A stretch of 63,831 bases of DNA, counting the filler, from Octopus bimaculoides (Eukaryota): NCBI RefSeq assembly GCF_001194135.2. It is 7 parts of 7 records of this genome, joined end to end, with 100 filler letters (N's around TTAATTAATTAA, not from the genome) between each part and the next. Parts side by side here need not be neighbours in the genome. Positions count along the whole stretch, not along the records: positions 23,239 to 34,300 come from NC_069000.1; positions 34,401 to 36,633 come from NW_026396442.1; positions 36,734 to 59,120 come from NC_068985.1; 4 more parts are not named here. One strand, 5' to 3'. How positions within the stretch are numbered: position 1 is the stretch's first letter; the number at the start of each line of letters is the position of its first letter. The notes beneath the pieces were generated by a model. That model did no database searches, was not told where the DNA came from, and saw only the letters and a program-made list of their open reading frames with translations. Positions 24,988 to 37,811 of this stretch are shown here, piece by piece. A program made the position numbers and the translations under genes.

Positions 24988-25764
24988 NNNNNNNNNNNNN
25001 NNNNNNNNNNNNNNNNNNNNNNNNNNNNNNNNNNNNNNNNNNNNNNNNNNNNNNNNNNNNNNNNNNNNNNNNNNNNNNNNNNNNNNNNNNNNNNNNNNNN
25101 NNNNNNNNNNNNNNNNNNNNNNNNNNNNNNNNNNNNNNNNNNNNNNNNNNNNNNNNNNNNNNNNNNNNNNNNNNNNNNNNNNNNNNNNNNNNNNNNNNNN
25201 NNNNNNNNNNNNNNNNNNNNNNNNNNNNNNNNNNNNNNNNNNNNNNNNNNNNNNNNNNNNNNNNNNNNNNNNNNNNNNNNNNNNNNNNNNNNNNNNNNNN
25301 NNNNNNNNNNNNNNNNNNNNNNNNNNNNNNNNNNNNNNNNNNNNNNNNNNNNNNNNNNNNNNNNNNNNNNNNNNNNNNNNNNNNNNNNNNNNNNNNNNNN
25401 NNNNNNNNNNNNNNNNNNNNNNNNNNNNNNNNNNNNNNNNNNNNNNNNNNNNNNNNNNNNNNNNNNNNNNNNNNNNNNNNNNNNNNNNNNNNNNNNNNNN
25501 NNNNNNNNNNNNNNNNNNNNNNNNNNNNNNNNNNNNNNNNNNNNNNNNNNNNNNNNNNNNNNNNNNNNNNNNNNNNNNNNNNNNNNNNNNNNNNNNNNNN
25601 NNNNNNNNNNNNNNNNNNNNNNNNNNNNNNNNNNNNNNNNNNNNNNNNNNNNNNNNNNNNNNNNNNNNNNNNNNNNNNNNNNNNNNNNNNNNNNNNNNNN
25701 NNNNNNNNNNNNNNNNNNNNNNNNNNNNNNNNNNNNNNNNNNNNNNNNNNNNNNNNNNACATAC

Positions 25765-25801
<37 letters not shown>

Positions 25802-28800
25802 CATGCATACATACATACATACATACATAGTCAATTCAAATAAACGAACAATTCAAACAGAAAAACGATAAAAACGAGCGCGAGGACGTGCACATGAAAT
25901 GTATTAGCTTGACACTCGGTGAAAGGAGAGAGTTTGACGGTTGAGCATAGTTCTTCGTCGGAAAGGAGAAAGGGAAAAGTCCAAGGATGGATACGAAATC
26001 GTCAACGGCACACATGTAGTTATATTACTGAAGTGACATATATATATATGTTTGTGTACCTTTGTCCCCACACCATAACAGTTGGATACAGTCTGTAGTA
26101 GCTGCATATGTTTTAGAATTTTTATATTATTTTTTAAATGATGCCCTTTTATTGGTCAAGGTTTTTCTACGTCCGTGACGGAGTATATATTTAGTTTAAA
26201 ATCTCAGGACGTATTTTAGTATTAGAAATTCTGTCTAACGCTACCGATGACGAGTGTGAGACAGGCATGTAATTTATGTACACATGAAGCACTTCAAATT
26301 CTAATGACAAATGATTATTATTTATCAAATTAATGAGGCGAATTTGTGATTATTGTTTCTAATATAGGTACAAAGTATGAAACTTAGGGGAGGGGGTGAA
26401 TCGATTCGAACATAACGCATCCCCTGGTCCGGTAACTGAGGCGTTGTATTCTTGAGGAAAGAGAACACGTGTAGTTTAAGGTTTAGGGTTTTCGGTTCAC
26501 GATCGTGAGTTCAATTCCCAGACACAAACACACACACACATACACACACTCACACACACGTAAATTATATATACGACGGGCTTCTTTTAGTTTCCGTCTC
26601 CCAAATCCACTCACAAGGCTTTGGTCGGCCAAAGGCTATGATAGAAGACACTTGCTCAAAGTGCCACGCAGTGGAACTGAACCTGGAATCATGTGGTCGG
26701 AAAGCAAGCTTCTTACCACACACTCAATTACATGCTTGAATTGACGAAATTCAAGTAAGGAGTACGAACATATGCATTAAAACGCTTTTAATTCCTGATT
26801 TCTCTCTTCTTGCTTCTTTTTCTTTTATTTTAATCATTGTAAGGATCACGAAATTATTGGTTTGAACTGAAACATGCATGTGAAGGATGGAGTACTACGA
26901 ATGGGTCAATAAACAATATACCTCGAAGACTATTATCTTTTATCCGTTTACTTGTTTCGGTCGTCGGACTGCAGCCATAATGGAACAATGCATGAAAGGT
27001 TTTAGTCCAGCGGTTCTCAACCGGGGTCCATTTCTATGGTAAATAAATCACGTAGAAGCTAACGGACACGAAAAATTGCTGTTATAACCAGTGCAGGAAA
27101 TATTAAAATTTGAATAGAAATACGTCTATCCTCGTTTATCACGGATGTTTGGTTTGTCTTCTGATTAAAAAAAAAAGAAACTATGAATCAGTGATAAATG
27201 AATAATCGATGATATGGATAAGGCGTAAGTTTTGGCTCCGAGTCTCCAAGTTATTCTGAACATTGTGAGTAGAAATTGAAACGGATTTTCGTGATTCTTA
27301 TTATTAAAAATCAATTCGTGATAAGCATAACACGGTTCAGTATTAGCGTACCGCGTTATCCCCAGCATCAGTGAAGAATGAATTAGTGACAAAAGGGATA
27401 GGTGCAATAATGTGATGGAGAAATAAAAAATGTCAATGAAATAATATTTTAGTTAATTTAGCAAGCAAGGGAGGCGACTGAGGAAATTTATTCTCAGAGC
27501 AATTAGAGTTTTCTCCCATTTCACCTCAACACTTTTAAAAGAGTTCTGTTGTTGCCTATATATATANNNNNNNNNNNNNNNNNNNNNNNNNNNNNNNNNN
27601 NNNNNNNNNNNNNNNNNNNNNNNNNNNNNNNNNGGGATAGTCATTTTTTTTTTTGTGCCTTATAATTTAACACACTCACCGTTAAAATTTCCACTTATTT
27701 CTTATTTTTATTTTCCTAAAATTTTCGTTGCGTCTTGCAACCTTTTCAACAGTCTTGACTGTCCGTTATTTACGCTGCGTTCTTTTTTTTTTTGCTTTTG
27801 TTTGTTTTTGCGCATGCGTGTGTCTCAGTGTGTGTGTATGTATGCATGCATGTATGTGTGCATGTGCGTACGTACGTATGTCTGTGTGTGTGTGCATATG
27901 TATATGTGTATGTATGTGTGTGTATGTATATATGTATGTATGTGTGTGCGTTTGCATGTATGTATGTATGTATTCTGCATATTCCTGTGTTTGTGTGCCT
28001 TTTATGTATGTGTGTGCATGTGTGTATATGCATGTATGTACCTCTGTCTCCTTGTGTGTGCATGTCTGAGTGTGTGTGTGTTTTGCTGCTATGTACTATC
28101 CAAAAACGAAATATATATATATCTCTTCGAAACGCCTGTGTTAGAATGGGGGCAGCTTATGAAGGAAAATGTTCTCTATGTGGCCTGTGTGTTTTCAGTA
28201 CTCTGATTATTATTATTTTTTGTCTACGTTTTGTTTGCAATGTCCTGTACCCAGATATGCACCTATATATACAGGTAGATGTAGGTATGCACATACTTGT
28301 ACGTATATATGCATATACTCATTTATTATTTGTTTTATATAGATATATACATACACTTATATTAAGTGCTCTATTATTTCCAATTTATAGGAGGATTAAT
28401 TTTACAATTTCTTTAAAGGACAGTATACACTTTAATATTTTTTAATATTTTAATTAATATTACATATACCATTCGTTCTTAACACATAGATTATAAATCC
28501 ATTCATCTCCGAAGAGCGGAATTATCGATAGTATGCTGATCTTTTGATTACATTGTGGTTACAATAATATCCGCGAAACGATCGTCAGATGTAAATTTTT
28601 TTTTAATTTTAGACTTTTTAAAATTTTAGACTTTATAATATTCATGCTCAATTACGCATAAATTTTTATATGCATTTATATTCACATGTATCTTTATCTA
28701 CATTCATATTTTTATATATATTTATATTTATATTTCGTATATCTTAAATTTTAAATTTATTATATTACCATGNNNNNNNNNNNNNNNNNNNNNNNNNNNN

Positions 28801-29087
28801 NNNNNNNNNNNNNNNNNNNNNNNNNNNNNNNNNNNNNNNNNNNNNNNNNNNNNNNNNNNNNNNNNNNNNNNNNNNNNNNNNNNNNNNNNNNNNNNNNNNN
28901 NNNNNNNNNNNNNNNNNNNNNNNNNNNNNNNNNNNNNNNNNNNNNNNNNNNNNNNNNNNNNNNNNNNNNNNNNNNNNNNNNNNNNNNNNNNNNNNNNNNN
29001 NNNNNNNNNNNNNNNNNNNNNNNNNNNNNNNNNNNNNNNNNNNNNNNNNNNNNNNNNNNNNNNNNNNNNNNNNNNNNNNNNNNNNNN

Positions 29088-29124
<37 letters not shown>

Positions 29125-29622
29125 CGACGGGCTTCTTTCAGTTTCGTCTACCAAATCCACTCACAAGTCTTTTTGGTCGGCCCGAGGCTATTGTAGAAGA
29201 CACCTGCCCAAGGTGCCACGCAGTGGGACTGAACCCGGAACCATGTGGTAGGTAAGCAAGCTACTTACCACACAGCCACTCCTGCCTCAATTATGTGTAA
29301 AAAAACAAAAAACAAAAAACAAAAAACAAAAAAAAACTCTTCAATATTAAATTGAAAAATTATTCAAAACATTTGTACAGAATATGTTTATTAAATCTTT
29401 ACAAGAAAGGGTGACTGTGACTTCGAAGTTTCGGCCTGCTAGCCTTCGTCAGATTATATATATATTAATGAAGGAAATTCTAATAAATGGACGGTAGACA
29501 AATGATTCTAGAATTTACCATTGATAGATCAAGAGGTTTCAGTTTCTTTCGTTAGTTGTATAATATTTTTCATTTTTATTTGTTTTGTTTTTTTGTTTTC
29601 GGCTTTCTTTTTGTGTTTTGTT

Positions 29623-29670
29623 TTTATTGTTTTCCAGCTACAATAATTTATTTTAGTTATTTCCTTTATT
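29623..29670 (-). terminator. Candidate polyadenylation signals of the FGF gene
   Basis: Three minus-strand AATAAA hexamers (plus-strand TTTATT at 29623-29628, 29647-29652, 29665-29670) within 70 nt of the stop. The context is AT-rich, so usage is unproven. Confidence 0.35.
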
Positions 29671-29691
29671 CCGGTCGTCTTGATTTCTCCT

Positions 29692-29877
29692 TCACATATC
29701 TTTTATTGGTAAAAACTGGGAATGTTTCTTTCGTGTTCGAGACTTTCTGCCGTTTTTTATTCTGCCGCGTTTGCTAATAGCAAGGAACCATTTTTTGTTG
29801 GAATATTTCTCTGATTTGTAAAGCGTGTATAGATTTTTCATCTTTTCGTGGAAAGTACAAGACTCATCCTTGGTCGG
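29692..29877 (-). CDS. FGF1/2: FGF coding exon 3 (terminal): PTKDESCTFHEKMKNLYTLYKSEKYSNKKWFLAISKRGRIKNGRKSRTRKKHSQFLPIKDM*
   Basis: Acceptor CCTTTTTTTCCAG|CCG, phase 0. Contains the invariant C-x-F-x-E, Y-x-x-Y-x-S, W-F/Y-x-A and C-terminal F-L-P motifs. TGA at 29694-29692. Confidence 0.95.
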   Translation of the reverse strand, partial: PTKDESCTFHEKMKNLYTLYKSEKYSNKKWFLAISKRGRIKNGRKSRTRKKHSQFLPIKDM

Positions 29878-29980
29878 CTGGAAAAAAAGGAATGGAAATC
29901 GAAAGTGAAAAATAAGTTGAGGAAAGGAAATCAAAATATCAATTAGCATTTTGAAATATTAATTAACATTTTGTTTAGAC

Positions 29981-30566
29981 CAGTGCTCTGCAATCGGTAT
30001 ATCTGTCGCAGCACACTGGTGTGTCACGTGACGATGCTAGGTGTTCCACGAGACGATGCTATATGTGCCACGAGACGATGCTAAGTGTGCCACGAGACGA
30101 TGCTAGGTGTGACACGAGACGATACTATGTGTGACACGAGATGATGTTATGTATGACACGAGACGATGCTAGGTGTGCCACGAGACGATGCTATGCGTGC
30201 CACGAGACGATGCTATGTGTGACATGAGACGATGCTATGCGTTCCACGAGACGATGCTAGGTGTGCCGCGAGACGATGCTATGCGTGTCACGAGACGATG
30301 CTATGTGTACCACGAGATGATGCTATATGTTCCACTAGACGATGCTAGGTGTACCACGAGATGATGCTATGTGTACCACTAGACGATGTTAGGTGTGCCA
30401 CGAGACGATGCTATGTGTGCCAAGAGGCGATGCTAGGTGTGCCGCAGTTTAACCTGAATATAATTTTTTCCCCTATACTTTTAGTTATACTTTTAGTCCA
30501 GGTATACCGCCGGATTTTAAAAAGAATATAAGTGTACCACAAATGGAAAAAGGTCGCAGAACACTG
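29981..30566. mobile_element. hAT MITE in FGF intron 2 carrying an internal minisatellite
   Basis: TIRs CAGTGCTCTGCAA / TCGCAGAACACTG. TSD GTTTAGAC / GTTTAAAT (6 of 8 match). Confidence 0.75.
30025..30442 (+). repeat. 22-bp tandem minisatellite, 19 copies (consensus CACGAGACGATGCTAKGTGTGC)
   Basis: Units counted directly with an exact 22-bp period (30025 + 18x22 = 30421 is the last unit start). No spacers. Confidence 0.97.
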
Positions 30567-30971
30567 GTTTAAATCCTAGTGATTCGATTAAAGACGTTCC
30601 TGTCATCATCATAATTTATTCAGTCATACTGAGTGTCGTATCTATAGATACAGGATTCAGTCTTTTATCGTTTATCTTCCACTTGTTTTAGTCATTGGAC
30701 TGCAGTCATTTTGGTGTGCCACCACGAAGGGTTTACTCGGACAAATCGACCCCGTACTTTTGTGTTTACGTTTGCTTTATGCACTATCGGACACTTTTGC
30801 CGAACCGTTAAGTTATGGAGATTTTAACAAACAACCACTGGTTATCAATCGATGGTGGGGGACGAACACTCACATATGTGTGAGTTTATGAATATATGTA
30901 TGCATGTATTTATGTATGTATGTATGTATGTATGTATGTATGTATGTATGTATGTATGTATGTATGTATAA

Positions 30972-31217
30972 AGGCCTGTGATATGCAGAAGACCTACTGG
31001 GTGAGCAATGCCCGTCATCGCCACAGATGGAGGAAACAGGTTAAGGAGGGTGTCGACACCTTTGAAAGAGCACGTATTCTTCATGAAGAATTTAAGCATG
31101 ATGTTCGAAAGCGCACTGCTATCGTAGTGAATGGGGAAAGCTTGGTCTGCAATGTCTGCAGTCGTGTATGCTTGTCAAGAGCAGTGCTCATTATTATCCA
31201 CCAACGGAGCCGCAAAT
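30972..31217 (+). mobile_element. RTE/BovB-type LINE 3' fragment with C2H2 zinc finger
   Basis: W...A..R..WRK.V..GV..FE followed by CNVCSRVCLSRAVL..HQRS, typical of the RTE ORF C-terminus. Confidence 0.8.
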
Positions 31218-31259
<42 letters not shown>

Positions 31260-31652
31260 CTTTGCGTTTGTGTTTGTCCTCCATCACTGCTTGACAACCG
31301 GTGTTGATGTGTTTATGACCCTATAACGCAGCGGTTCCGATAGAATAAGTATGGTTGTGTGGGCAGGCAAATACTCAGTCTGTTATAGGGTTATCCATTT
31401 TATACATGAGTGGACTGGAGCAACGGGAAATGAAGCGTTTCGCTTAAGAACGCAACACATCGCCGATCTGAGAACTGAAACCACAATCGGGCGATCTTGA
31501 ATCCAACACCCTAACCAATAGGGCTCATGCATCCACACACACAGACATACTCAATGACAGAGAGAGAGGGTGGATGATGGAGAGGGGAAAATCGAAAGAG
31601 AGAGAGAATGACAATGAAAAAAGAAAAGAGAAGCAATAAAATAAATAGTTAC

Positions 31653-31756
31653 CACACCACATAAAACTCCTTTGTTATTAAATGCCAAGTATCGGCCGCT
31701 CTGCACTCCTTTGATTGTTACTATTCCTGTATCCACTGTTTCAAACTGCAACAAAG
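31653..31756 (-). CDS. FGF1/2: FGF coding exon 2 (104 nt): (S)LLQFETVDTGIVTIKGVQSGRYLAFNNKGVLCGV
   Basis: Acceptor TTTTCTTTTAACAG|CT and donor GTG|GTAACT. The exon is 104 nt, phase 1 to phase 0, the size and phases of the conserved middle exon of vertebrate FGF genes. Motif G-x-V-x-I-K-G-V-x-S-G-R-Y-L-A-x-x-x-x-G is the FGF core. Confidence 0.95.
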
Positions 31757-31775
31757 CTGTTAAAAGAAAATGTAT

Positions 31776-32001
31776 ATCATCATCATCGTTTAACGTCCGC
31801 TTTCCATGCTAGCATGGGTTGGACGATTTGACTGAGGACTGGTGAAACCGGATGGCAACACCAGGCTCCAGTCTGATTTGGCAGAGTTTCTACAGCTGGA
31901 TGCCCTTCCTAACGCCAACCACTCAGAGAGTGTAGTGGGTGCTTTTACGTGTCACCCGCACGAAAACGGCCACGCTCGAAATGGTGTCTTTTATGTGCCA
32001 C
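31776..32001 (-). mobile_element. RTE-tail SINE/LINE 3' end with (GAT)n tail in FGF intron 1
   Basis: CATCATCATCGTTTAACGTCCGCTTTCCATGCTAGCATGGG motif. The same family occurs at 1449-1623(-), 13095-13193(+) and, more diverged, ~11480-11755(+). Confidence 0.85.
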
Positions 32002-33619
32002 NNNNNNNNNNNNNNNNNNNNNNNNNNNNNNNNNNNNNNNNNNNNNNNNNNNNNNNNNNNNNNNNNNNNNNNNNNNNNNNNNNNNNNNNNNNNNNNNNNN
32101 NNNNNNNNNNNNNNNNNNNNNNNNNNNNNNNNNNNNNNNNNNNNNNNNNNNNNNNNNNNNNNNNNNNNNNNNNNNNNNNNNNNNNNNNNNNNNNNNNNNN
32201 NNNNNNNNNNNNNNNNNNNNNNNNNNNNNNNNNNNNNNNNNNNNNNNNNNNNNNNNNNNNNNNNNNNNNNNNNNNNNNNNNNNNNNNNNNNNNNNNNNNN
32301 NNNNNNNNNNNNNNNNNNNNNNNNNNNNNNNNNNNNNNNNNNNNNNNNNNNNNNNNNNNNNNNNNNNNNNNNNNNNNNNNNNNNNNNNNNNNNNNNNNNN
32401 NNNNNNNNNNNNNNNNNNNNNNNNNNNNNNNNNNNNNNNNNNNNNNNNNNNNNNNNNNNNNNNNNNNNNNNNNNNNNNNNNNNNNNNNNNNNNNNNNNNN
32501 NNNNNNNNNNNNNNNNNNNNNNNNNNNNNNNNNNNNNNNNNNNNNNNNNNNNNNNNNNNNNNNNNNNNNNNNNNNNNNNNNNNNNNNNNNNNNNNNNNNN
32601 NNNNNNNNNNNNNNNNNNNNNNNNNNNNNNNNNNNNNNNNNNNNNNNNNNNNNNNNNNNNNNNNNNNNNNNNNNNNNNNNNNNNNNNNNNNNNNNNNNNN
32701 NNNNNNNNNNNNNNTATATATATATGCGATATATGCGATATGTGCGTGTGCGTGTATATAAGTATGTATGTATATTTTTCACAAATCTCAGATTTAAGTA
32801 TGTCCCTTTCTAGGGCCTCTTTGGAGGCTCCTGCAAGCCTCTAACTCTGTAGATTCTTCTCCCTCACCCTATTACATATAACTACAATTTAATTTATAGG
32901 TTTTACACTTTTTCTTGCTTGCCCCTTTTCCACACTTTACCCATAATTTACATCTTTAGGAAATACTGACATTGCTAAAATATGACTATCTAACAGCTAT
33001 TAATTTGAACAACTAGATAACGAAAATTGTAACTTGGTTTATTATACCGTACACCTAGGAAACGTTTACCTATGAAACTATGTATGATATCTGCTTACAC
33101 CATAAATGAAGTGATGGTTAATTTTATATAAAAATAAACGGAACAAATTTCCTTCCGAGTCATAGGCTCATACGGTCGGTTTCCCAGATTCTGTGATGCA
33201 TACATCACCCATCCCTAGACGGGATGAAACAAATAAAAGATGAAAGAACATAACTAAACATCTTAAAAAACCTGTTCATCATCACTTTACTAATTTTGAC
33301 TGTTTGATCAGCTAGCTGAATCACTCCAAAATATAGGTGTAAAATTTGGGCACAAGGCCAGTAAGTTTGAGGAAAGAGTAAGTCGATTACAGCAACCCCA
33401 GTGTCAAAATGGTACTTATTTTATCGACCCGGAAAGAATAAAAAGCTTAGTCGATCTCGGCGAAATTTGAACTAAGAACGGCAAGCATTTTGCCCCTAAG
33501 CGTTTTGCCCGGTGTGCGAAAGACTCCGCCAGTTCACTGTTCTAGTAACGTTCTGAAAATATTAGGGAGCACAAGTAAGCAAAGATGAAACAGAACCATT
33601 CTGTCAAAGCTAAACCTAC

Positions 33620-33782
33620 AGTTGTTATCCACGTGTTGAACGCTGCTGTATACGAGTCCATCTTCGTTGATGCATAAGAAATAACCTGTCCGACTGATTA
33701 ATTTCTTCGTTGGTTGCCATTTGTTCGGATTTGGATTAAATCTGAAATCGTTTGGTAATGGAATTGGTTCTTCCAAAGTCAT
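33620..33782 (-). CDS. FGF1/2: Fibroblast growth factor (FGF1/2-like), coding exon 1: MTLEEPIPLPNDFRFNPNPNKWQPTKKLISRTGYFLCINEDGLVYSSVQHVDNN + 1 nt
   Basis: KKLISRTGYFLCINEDG aligns with FGF beta1-beta2 strands (FGF1 KLLYCSNGGHFLRILPDG; FGF9 QLYCRTGFHLEIFPNG). Phase-1 donor T|GTAGGT at 33620/33619. Upstream acceptor TTTATCTTTGCAG|GGAACAATG at 33789/33788 implies a further 5' exon. The subfamily label is inferred. Confidence 0.9.
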
Positions 33783-33818
33783 TGTTCCCTGCAAAGATAA
33801 AAGTAAAAAATATTTTTA

Positions 33819-34021
33819 GGTGTGGCTGTGTGGTAAAGAAGTTTAGTTTACTTCCCAAACACACGGTCCTGGGTTCGGTCCTACTTGGGCAAATGTCTTC
33901 TGCTATAGAGCCTCGGGTCGACCAAAGCCTTGTTAGTGGATTTGGTAGAGGGAAACTGAAAGAAGGCCGTCGTATATATATGTACATATATACATACATA
34001 CATATGTGTGTGTGTGTGTGT

Positions 34022-34052
<31 letters not shown>

Positions 34053-34252
34053 AGTTTGTGTTTGTCCCTCGCTGTCGCTAACAACCGATGTTAGTGTGTT
34101 TATGTCCCCGTAACTTAGCGGTTCCGCAAAAGAAACGATATAATAAGTACTAGGCATACAAATAATAAGTCCTGGGGCCGATTTCTTCGACTAAAACCCT
34201 TTAAGGCGGTGCTCCAGCATGGCCGCGGTCAAATGACTAAAATAAGTAAAAG
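33819..34252 (+). mobile_element. SINE family A copy immediately upstream of the FGF exon-1 acceptor
   Basis: Same head, body and tail as 10227-10643. Confidence 0.9.
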
Positions 34253-36072
34253 AAAAAATTTATCAGGTCATCCCATAAGTTCTGTCCGAATTTTGAATAA
34301 NNNNNNNNNNNNNNNNNNNNNNNNNNNNNNNNNNNNNNNNNNNNTTAATTAATTAANNNNNNNNNNNNNNNNNNNNNNNNNNNNNNNNNNNNNNNNNNNN
34401 TATATATAGCTGATGTATGTATGTGTGTATGCTGGTGTATGTATGTCTGTATGTATGCTCGTAAGTGCTTGCATGTGTCTATATGAATAACTTGAGGCTT
34501 ATGTATCATTGCACACGTACATATACCTACTATATTTAACTGTCAGCTATGGCATTTAAATAGAAAAAAGCTCAAACGTTATACCAGCAGACAATCGTAA
34601 ATATGTAAGTAAATATAATAACATGACAATTTGACACAGCAATTAATTGTATTTAATTGAAAACTTGTTCACTCAATACGATTTCGATCTACGATTATAC
34701 AACCTTTTTTCTGTTTTATTCTTTTTATTGTGTTTTCCATGAGTTCTGGCAACCAAATGGATCATGTTGTCACAATGCGAAATGTACGGAAAATAGCATT
34801 TTACCGTATTAAGTAAGATTACTTGTATTTTCATACGTCGTTTTCTGTTGTTTTACATGTTCTTAATCTTGATTCCAGTTAACCGTTATTCATTCCAGTC
34901 AGCTCTTGTCTTGGAGACTTAATCTCAATGAATGTCATCAATCTATTCATTAATGTACAGTGATTTATATATGTGTACATTATTTTAGAAATACTTGTAT
35001 CTAGGAATATAATATACAATATGACATGTCTTTTCTTGATTTTAGCTGAATGTTGTCAGTCTTTGTTTTGGTAGTGCATATATATATATATATATATANN
35101 NNNNNNNNNNNNNNNNNNNNNNNNNNNNNNNNNNNNNNNNNNNNNNNNNNNNNNNNNNNNNNNNNNNNNNNNNNNNNNNNNNNNNNNNNNNNNNNNNNNN
35201 NNNNNNNNNNNNNNNNNNNNNNNNNNNNNNNNNNNNNNNNNNNNNNNNNNNNNNNNNNNNNNNNNNNNNNNNNNNNNNNNNNNNNNNNNNNNNNNNNNNN
35301 NNNNNNNNNNNNNNNNNNNNNNNNNNNNNNNNNNNNNNNNNNNNNNNNNNNNNNNNNNNNNNNNNNNNNNNNNNNNNNNNNNNNNNNNNNNNNNNNNNNN
35401 NNNNNNNNNNNNNNNNNNNNNNNNNNNNNNNNNNNNNNNNNNNNNNNNNNNNNNNNNNNNNNNNNNNNNNNNNNNNNNNNNNNNNNNNNNNNNNNNNNNN
35501 NNNNNNNNNNNNNNNNNNNNNNNNNNNNNNNNNNNNNNNNNNNNNNNNNNNNNNNNNNNNNNNNNNNNNNNNNNNNNNNNNNNNNNNNNNNNNNNNNNNN
35601 NNNNNNNNNNNNNNNNNNNNNNNNNNNNNNNNNNNNNNNNNNNNNNNNNNNNNNNNNNNNNNNNNNNNNNNNNNNNNNNNNNNNNNNNNNNNNNNNNNNN
35701 NNNNNNNNNNNNNNNNNNNNNNNNNNNNNNNNNNNNNNNNNNNNNNNNNNNNNNNNNNNNNNNNNNNNNNNNNNNNNNNNNNNNNNNNNNNNNNNNNNNN
35801 NNNNNNNNNNNNNNNNNNNNNNNNNNNNNNNNNNNNNNNNNNNNNNNNNNNNNNNNNNNNNNNNNNNNNNNNNNNNNNNNNNNNNNNNNNNNNNNNNNNN
35901 NNNNNNNNNNNNNNNNNNNNNNNNNNNNNNNNNNNNNNNNNNNNNNNNNNNNNNNNNNNNNNNNNNNNNNNNNNNNNNNNNNNNNNNNNNNNNNNNNNNN
36001 NNNNNNNNNNNNNNNNNNNACTAAAATTTATTGAATCATGAACTGAGTATACAAATCATTTTGGTTCACACC

Positions 36073-36114
<42 letters not shown>

Positions 36115-37079
36115 TCGTAACTTATAGTATTTTGATTAACGAGTGAATTTGCTATGTTTGTACAAAATTTGCCATAAGAAAGTTATGCAGTTGATTAATT
36201 ACTAAAGTGTTAATAGTAATTATTTTGGTATTTAATCAATTAAGAATTAATAGAAGCTTCAATTGTCTAATTAAACTTAATTTATAACCCGGGGAATCAT
36301 AACATAAATATATATCTTGATATTCTAAATTATAAAGATGGATATCTATATTGTTATATAAATTCCCCATATAGTGAAAATTTGGTCATGTATATTTGTG
36401 TGCGGGAATGTGTCACGTACACATATCAACTGCAACATTTGTCAAAAAAGACAGGAATGATAAATGTAGCAAGATTAATTTCCTGCAGGGAGAATAAGTG
36501 TCTAAGTAAAAATCGGCTTTCAAGCGACTTTCACCATATATAGAGACATACACATATACTTATATACATATATATACATAAACATACAAATGTACATACA
36601 TAGACATAAACATACATACATATATACATACATNNNNNNNNNNNNNNNNNNNNNNNNNNNNNNNNNNNNNNNNNNNNTTAATTAATTAANNNNNNNNNNN
36701 NNNNNNNNNNNNNNNNNNNNNNNNNNNNNNNNNATATATATATATATATATATATATATAATAAGGGATTAAGACAATATGACTCTCCCCAGACAAAATA
36801 TATATACATATATATTCATGTACATATATATACGAATACATACATTCGTACAAATCTGCACATATATTCATACATACATACATATATACATATATACATA
36901 TATACATACATACATACATCCATCCATACATACATACATACATACACACATACATACACACACACATACATACATACATACATACATACATAAATACACA
37001 CATACATACATACATACATACATACACACATACATACATACATACATACATACATACACACATACATACATACATAACA

Positions 37080-37443
37080 AACTACCTAAGCACCAATCTT
37101 GAGAAATTAGGCTTCTCAGAACTAGAAAGAAGAAAGCTAATTAGGAGATTACAGACTCAAACCAACAATGGAACTCTAAAAAGTTTGCCAAAAATCTCCA
37201 GAAGTTTTTCATTTGCGTGTATATGAACATGTGTAGACATACAACTGTATGATTGAGAATACATACATAAAACAAAACACAGATCTGCACTTGCACTGAC
37301 TCTATATACTACACATGTACACACAAACATGCAAAAATATCCTGTTGTTGATGTTGAAATTCCAGTGAAGGAGCTTTGGATCTAGGTTAGAAACCGGCTC
37401 TTTCTCTATTGGCAAGAAAGCTTGAAATAAAACTGAACAATGA
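37080..37443 (+). mobile_element. R4/Dong-like LINE 3' end, copy 1
   Basis: AATCTTGAGAAATTAGGCTTCTCA is homologous to the ORF end at ~40067-40100. The 3' UTR ends in AAAACTGAACAATGA, followed by a (TACA)n tract. Confidence 0.75.
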
Positions 37444-37811
37444 CGTACATACATACAATCATACATACACACACACATACACACACACACATACATGCAC
37501 ACACATACATACATACATACATACATACATGCATACATACATACATACATACATACATACATGCACACACACATACATACATGCATACATACATGCATAC
37601 TTACATACATACATACATACATGCACACACACATACATACATACATACATACATACATACATACATACATCCATACTGCACATACATATACACACACACA
37701 CACATACATACATACATACATACATACATACATGCATACATGCATACATACATACATACATACATACATACATACATACATACATACATACATACATGCA
37801 TGCATGTATGC

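Noticed and set aside
30025-30442. 22-bp repeat array as a CRISPR array
   Set aside because: The units are head-to-tail with no unique spacers, lie inside a MITE in a eukaryotic intron, and there are no cas genes.
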